This document shows positions 47,907 to 52,878 of a stretch of 52,878 nt of DNA, in pieces (the first letter of the stretch is position 1; each line of letters opens with the position of its first letter). The notes below the pieces were generated by a model. That model had not been told where the DNA came from and searched no databases. It worked only from the letters and a program-made list of their open reading frames with translations. Source of the stretch: an uncultured Bacteroidales bacterium (GTDB lineage: Bacteria; Bacteroidota; Bacteroidia; Bacteroidales; SZUA-534); contig CBDUWQ010000003.1 of NCBI GenBank assembly GCA_965370965.1, positions 1 through 52,878 of the forward strand. Reading direction: 5' to 3'. Made by a program: the position numbers and the translations under genes.

Positions 47907-49193
47907 TTATTGTTTATGCCGGTTTTTTGGTTTTGAACTTTTTGTTTTATTATTAGGTTTATTTTTACCTCTTTTATAATTTTCGTTGTGACGTTTGCCG
48001 GAATTTTTATTACCATATCTGCCTGAATTGCTCCTATGTTTTTGTTGAGGATTATATTCAGGTCCTGCCCCAATTTCAGGTGGGTTAGGCGCTTTAAAAA
48101 TTTCATCTTCAATTAGCTTTTCAATTTGGGCAAATCTGAATTGATCGGTTTGGTTTATAAATGTTATTGCCACGCCTGTCGATTTTGCACGGGCAGTACG
48201 CCCAACTCTGTGTATATAATCTTCGGGGTCGTTTGGTACGTCATAGTTTACTATCAAGCCTATATTGTCAATATCAATACCGCGCGATACAATGTCGGTT
48301 GCAACAAGTATTGGGAATTTTCTGTTTCTGAAATCCAGCATTACCTCTTCGCGCTCTTTTTGGTCAAGGTCAGAATGAATTGCTCTTGCCCCAAATTTTG
48401 CTTTAACTAAATCTTTTAGCAGCTCTTTTACTTTTACTTTTGTTGATGCAAATATTAATACGCTATCAAGCTCTTTTTCAGCAAGCAAATGGTTTATTAG
48501 CGGATTTTTTTGTTTATCGTATGTTAAGTAAGCTGCTTGCAGCACACCTTCGGCAGGTTTTGAGGTGGCAATGTTAATTTGGTCGGGATTATTTAAAATA
48601 GATTTTGCCAATTGCCTTATTTTATGTGGCATTGTAGCCGAAAAAAGCATTGTTTGCCGTTGCTTAGGCAGGTGTTTTATTATCTTTTCAAGGTCTTCCA
48701 TAAAACCCATGTCGAGCATTTTGTCGGCTTCATCCAATATAAGGTATTCTAACGCCGAAAAATCGACATAGCCCAAATTAATGTGTGATAAAAGTCTTCC
48801 GGGCGAGGCAATTAAAACATGCGCCCCTCGTTCAATGGCTACACGCTGTTGTTCCCAAATAGCGGCATCATTACCACCGTAAATGGCAACCGAGTCTAAA
48901 CCAACAAAATATGCAAATCCTTGAAACTGCCTGTCAATTTGATGTACCAACTCGCGGGTTGGTGCCAAAATAAGGCCTTTTATTTTATTATCTCCTGAAT
49001 TTTTAATGTGATGTAATAATGGTAATAAATAGGCTGCTGTTTTTCCTGTTCCTGTTTGTGCACAGGCTATTAAGTCTTTTTTTTCGAGAGCTAAAGGTAA
49101 AACCTGCTCTTGCACCGGTGAAGGTTCGTCAAAACCCATTGCTTCAACTCCTTCAAAAACCTCTTTGTGGAGGTTAAATTCACTAAATTTCAA
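47907..49193 (-). CDS. DEAD-box RNA helicase
   Basis: Q motif, AQTGTGKT, PTREL, DEAD, SAT and HRVGRTAR; basic C-terminal tail. TTG start at 49193 preferred (downstream of a TACTTTTG box). Confidence 0.93.
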   Translation of the reverse strand: MKFSEFNLHKEVFEGVEAMGFDEPSPVQEQVLPLALEKKDLIACAQTGTGKTAAYLLPLLHHIKNSGDNKIKGLILAPTRELVHQIDRQFQGFAYFVGLDSVAIYGGNDAAIWEQQRVAIERGAHVLIASPGRLLSHINLGYVDFSALEYLILDEADKMLDMGFMEDLEKIIKHLPKQRQTMLFSATMPHKIRQLAKSILNNPDQINIATSKPAEGVLQAAYLTYDKQKNPLINHLLAEKELDSVLIFASTKVKVKELLKDLVKAKFGARAIHSDLDQKEREEVMLDFRNRKFPILVATDIVSRGIDIDNIGLIVNYDVPNDPEDYIHRVGRTARAKSTGVAITFINQTDQFRFAQIEKLIEDEIFKAPNPPEIGAGPEYNPQQKHRSNSGRYGNKNSGKRHNENYKRGKNKPNNKTKSSKPKNRHKQ

Positions 49194-49338
49194 ATTGTTA
49201 TGTTTTAATTTATTGGCAAAAGTATAAAAAAACCCGAAAACCAAACGCTATCGGGCTATTTTTGTTATTATTAACCTTTTAGTATCATGATATTAACAAA
49301 TACTAAGAAGTTTGTTTTTTGTCTGTTGTTGGGTTGAA

Positions 49339-50604
49339 CTAATTTATCATTCCGGCTGCCACCGTTTCGTTGGTACCCTCATCAATAATAATTACGCTGC
49401 CTGTAATTCTGTTTTTTTGGTATGAATCAAAAAACATGGGCTTTGCTGTTATTATTTTAATATTTGCAATGTCGTTCATTTTTACGTCTTTATCATCTTT
49501 ATCTTTATCGTATGTGTTAATATTTGTTTTGTAATTAACACCTTTTATCATACATTTTAGCTCGTTGGTTGTGTGGCGCAGCACATATTTTTTTGTTGTA
49601 TTCAACGGTTTTTCATTAAACCAGCAAATGTCTATATCAAAACTATTCCCTATTTGGGGCATATTGTTACTGTGTACTATCATATCGCCCCGGCTAATAT
49701 CAATTTCATCGGTTAACCTGATTGTAACTGACTGCATTGGCAAAGCTTCATCAATTTCATTGTTGTAAAAGTCAATGGCTTTAACTTTTGATGTGCGCTG
49801 TGAAGGTAATACTGTAACATCATCGCCCGGTTTAAAAATGCCACCGGCTACTCTACCGGCATATCCGCGGTAATCAATAAAAGCTTTTTGCTGCGGGCGT
49901 ATCACATATTGAACCGGAAAACGTCCATCGGCCATATTACGGTCGTCGGCAATTTTAATATTTTCAAGTAGGTTAAGCAAAGTTGTACCTGTGTACCAGC
50001 TCATATTATTCGATTCGTCAACAACATTATCACCTAATTTTGCTGATATTGGAATATAATTGGCATCTTTTATATTAAGTTTATCAGCAAGGCTTTCAAG
50101 TTCAATTTTAATTTTGGCATAAGTTTTTTCATCGTAATCAACCAAATCCATTTTGTTTACACAAAAAATAATGTGTGGTATATTCAAAAGGTGGCCAATG
50201 TATGTGTGGCGTAGTGTTTGCTCTAATACGCCATTGCGGGCATCAATTAAAATAATGGCTAAGTTGGCAGTTGATGCTCCTGTAACCATATTTCGGGTAT
50301 ATTGAATGTGTCCCGGGGTGTCGGCAATAATAAATTTGCGCTTTGGTGTAGCAAAATATCGGTATGCAACATCAATGGTTATGCCCTGCTCACGTTCGGC
50401 ACGCAAACCGTCGGTTAACAGAGCAAGGTCAACTTCTTCATCTCCTTTACGTTTGCTGGTTTCGGTAATTGCATCTAACTGGTCTTCAAAAATTGATTTG
50501 CTGTCATATAGCAGCCGTCCAATTAAAGTGCTTTTTCCATCATCAACGCTTCCTGCTGTTGTGAACCTTAAAAGGCTCATCTCTAAATATGCTTTACTAT
50601 CCAT
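49339..50604 (-). CDS. cysN: Sulfate adenylyltransferase subunit 1 (GTPase)
   Basis: GSVDDGKSTLIGRLL, EREQGITIDVAY, DTPGH and NKMD; no fused CysC domain. Confidence 0.95.
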   Translation of the reverse strand: MDSKAYLEMSLLRFTTAGSVDDGKSTLIGRLLYDSKSIFEDQLDAITETSKRKGDEEVDLALLTDGLRAEREQGITIDVAYRYFATPKRKFIIADTPGHIQYTRNMVTGASTANLAIILIDARNGVLEQTLRHTYIGHLLNIPHIIFCVNKMDLVDYDEKTYAKIKIELESLADKLNIKDANYIPISAKLGDNVVDESNNMSWYTGTTLLNLLENIKIADDRNMADGRFPVQYVIRPQQKAFIDYRGYAGRVAGGIFKPGDDVTVLPSQRTSKVKAIDFYNNEIDEALPMQSVTIRLTDEIDISRGDMIVHSNNMPQIGNSFDIDICWFNEKPLNTTKKYVLRHTTNELKCMIKGVNYKTNINTYDKDKDDKDVKMNDIANIKIITAKPMFFDSYQKNRITGSVIIIDEGTNETVAAGMIN

Positions 50605-50659
50605 TTTTTTATGTTAAAAGTTCCAAGTTCAATCTTTTTCAATTTTTTTCAATTTCTTT

Positions 50660-51568
50660 TTAGAAATAACCTTCTTTTTTACGGTCTTCCATTGCGGCTT
50701 CAGAACGCTTATCATCAGATCTGCCTCCACGTTCAGTTTCTCTTGCGGCAGCAACTTCGCGAACAATATCCTCTAAATTATCGGCATTTGATAGTGTTAG
50801 CCCTGTACATGTAACATCGCCAATTGTGCGGCAGCGTACATCTATTTCAACAATTTTTTCGCCCTCTTTTAGTTGCATAAAGCTTTCGGCCGACAGCCAA
50901 ACGCCATCGCGGTTAAAAACTTTACGTTTATGGGTATAATAAAGGCTGGGCATTTCAATATTTTCCATTAAAATATATTGCCAAACATCCATCTCTGTCC
51001 AGTTGCTTATTGGGAATATGCGAAAATGCTCGCCCATGTTTTTTCTACCGTTAAACAGGTTCCAAAGCTCCGGACGCTGGTTTTTTGGATCCCATTGTCC
51101 AAAGGCATCACGGTGTGAGAAGAAACGTTCTTTGGCTCGTGCTTTTTCCTCATCACGACGGCCGCCACCAATTGCGGCATCGGCTTTTAATTCCTCTAAT
51201 GTGTCTAACAATGTTGTGGTTTGTAGTTTGTTGCGGCTGGCATCGGCTCCGGTTTCTTCAGTAACCCTACCTTTGTCTATTGATTGCTGAACTGAGCCAA
51301 CAACCAATTTTGCCCCTATTTTTTTTACTAATTTATCGCGAAAAACTAATGTTTCTTGAAAATTATGACCCGTATCAATATGTAATAATGTAAAAGGTAT
51401 TTTAGCAGGGTAAAAGGCTTTTACAGCTAAATGAACCAGTAAAATAGAGTCTTTTCCGCCTGAAAAAAGCAAAACGGGTTTTTCAAACTGCGCAGCAATT
51501 TCGCGCATTATAAAAATAGCTTCACTTTCTAACTCTCTAAGGTGATTGCGGTTAATTATTTTTGTCAT
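50660..51568 (-). CDS. cysD: Sulfate adenylyltransferase subunit 2
   Basis: SGGKDS, RRDEEKARAKER, WDPKNQRPELW and MEDRKKEGYF motifs. Confidence 0.96.
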   Translation of the reverse strand: MTKIINRNHLRELESEAIFIMREIAAQFEKPVLLFSGGKDSILLVHLAVKAFYPAKIPFTLLHIDTGHNFQETLVFRDKLVKKIGAKLVVGSVQQSIDKGRVTEETGADASRNKLQTTTLLDTLEELKADAAIGGGRRDEEKARAKERFFSHRDAFGQWDPKNQRPELWNLFNGRKNMGEHFRIFPISNWTEMDVWQYILMENIEMPSLYYTHKRKVFNRDGVWLSAESFMQLKEGEKIVEIDVRCRTIGDVTCTGLTLSNADNLEDIVREVAAARETERGGRSDDKRSEAAMEDRKKEGYF

Positions 51569-51723
51569 ATTAAAATAATATTATTTTTAAAGTGCAATAT
51601 TAATATTTTTTACTTCTTAAATCAAAAATCGAACATTGTTAATCGAAAATAAATTTGAGTTTTTTGATTAATGATTTAATATTACAGATTTTATTTACTT
51701 TTAAATTGAAAAATAAATGTTAA

Positions 51724-52434
51724 TTAATGAGTATGTATATGTAATCCACATTCCTTTTTTGAATCGGTTTCCCACCACCATCTGCCTGCCCTAAAATCGT
51801 CGTCTGGGTTTATTGCTCGTGTACATGGTTCGCAGCCAATGCTCACAAATCCTTTATCGTGCAAAACATTGTATGGCACATGGTTTTCTTTTACATATTT
51901 TTTAACATCGTTAAATGTAAAATTGAGCAATGGGTTGTATTTTATTATTTGCCGGCTTTCATCTATTTCAAAAAATGTCATTCCTTTGCGATTTGGTGAT
52001 TGTTCGGCACGGATACCTGTAATCCATAGTTCAACATTTTTTAAAGCCCTATTTAAAAGTTTAACTTTGCGAATATTGCAGCATTCTATTCTGTTTTCAA
52101 CTGAGTTATAAAAGCTGTAAGGTCCTTTTTCAGACAACATTTTTTCAACATCGGTATTTTTTGGGAAATATGCTTTTATGGGTTTTTTGTATGTGTTTAA
52201 TGTTTGGTTGTAAACTTTATAGGTTTCTTTAAACAGGCGGCCTGTATCTAATGTAACAACGTCAATATTAATGCAATTTTTAAATATCATGTCGGTAATT
52301 ACCTGATCTTCGTATCCAAAACTGGTTGTAAATATAATTTTGCCTTTAAACTTGCCGGCTATAAATTTCAAAGCCTCAATGTAATTGAGGCTTTTTACTA
52401 TTTCATTTAATTCGTTTACTGTCTGTTTTATCAT
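51724..52434 (-). CDS. cysH: APS/PAPS reductase (Fe-S APS-reductase type)
   Basis: LDTG, ECCNIRK, SIGCEPCT, RAGRW and ECGLH motifs. Confidence 0.93.
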   Translation of the reverse strand: MIKQTVNELNEIVKSLNYIEALKFIAGKFKGKIIFTTSFGYEDQVITDMIFKNCINIDVVTLDTGRLFKETYKVYNQTLNTYKKPIKAYFPKNTDVEKMLSEKGPYSFYNSVENRIECCNIRKVKLLNRALKNVELWITGIRAEQSPNRKGMTFFEIDESRQIIKYNPLLNFTFNDVKKYVKENHVPYNVLHDKGFVSIGCEPCTRAINPDDDFRAGRWWWETDSKKECGLHIHTH

Positions 52435-52435
52435 G

Positions 52436-52771
52436 TTACGCCCGTTTTAGCATAATTCGTTGAAATGATCTCCTTGACCATCGAGTGTTTCTTCTGATTT
52501 TCACCATCATTCTGCCCCAGCGTAATTGCGCCCAAGCCCTTTCATGAAAAAAATACATAACCATTTTAATTGCCGATTCGGCAACTGCAATTCCGGTTGC
52601 CTTTTGTGCAGCATTTGGATCGGATCCGAAAAAAAGCATTGCCAAAGCAAAGGTTGTGGCCGAAGCTATTACTCGCCATGTAATGGCTTTAATAATACTT
52701 TTAATAGGTCTATCGCGGGTAATTTTATTTTTTTCTTCAGAAACCCCTATGTTTATTTTTTCGTTTTGCAT
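52436..52771 (-). CDS. DUF2061 family small membrane protein
   Basis: SIIKAITWR and YFFHERAW motifs; first gene of the cys operon. Confidence 0.82.
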   Translation of the reverse strand: MQNEKINIGVSEEKNKITRDRPIKSIIKAITWRVIASATTFALAMLFFGSDPNAAQKATGIAVAESAIKMVMYFFHERAWAQLRWGRMMVKIRRNTRWSRRSFQRIMLKRA

Positions 52772-52878
52772 TAAATTTCAGATAGTTAGCTTATTTAAGT
52801 ATATTAATCCAAATTACGCAACAAAAGTCTGAAATTAAACAAAGTAAGTCAATACGTTTTTTTAGGTATTTTTACTAC

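Noticed and set aside
384-52774. Numerous 60-160-aa ORFs antisense to or overlapping the main genes
   Set aside because: Shadow ORFs of well-supported genes, with no motifs of their own.

Overview
AT-rich chromosomal segment, most likely from a Bacteroidota (Bacteroidales/Marinilabiliales-like) genome, judged from TAnnTTTG -7 promoter boxes, a T9SS C-terminal-domain protein and an IPExxxVDY protein. The backbone is housekeeping: polA, class II nrdJ, waaA, gltX, queD, purine nucleoside phosphorylase, a DEAD-box helicase and cysH-cysD-cysN. Three loci stand out. (1) An operon at 11.1-16.4 kb encodes an acyltransferase, an enoyl-CoA hydratase and two paralogous FabH(KAS III)-SDR fusion proteins, one of which has lost its reductase catalytic residues. 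(2) A cluster at 31.7-39.9 kb has three Kbl-like alpha-oxoamine synthases, Zn-dependent Tdh, a stand-alone carrier protein, an acetate-type adenylating ligase and AcpS, suggesting a carrier-protein-dependent glycine/acetyl/threonine pathway. (3) Two tandem sRNA-like units, each preceded by an identical 18-bp box, follow a TPR histidine kinase / response regulator / SiaC-like locus. Intergenic gaps carry many REP-like palindromes and MITEs, several nested in one another; one MITE interrupts a Nudix-like gene. No rRNA, tRNA, CRISPR array or intact transposase was recognised. All assignments come from motif reading only; no searches were run.
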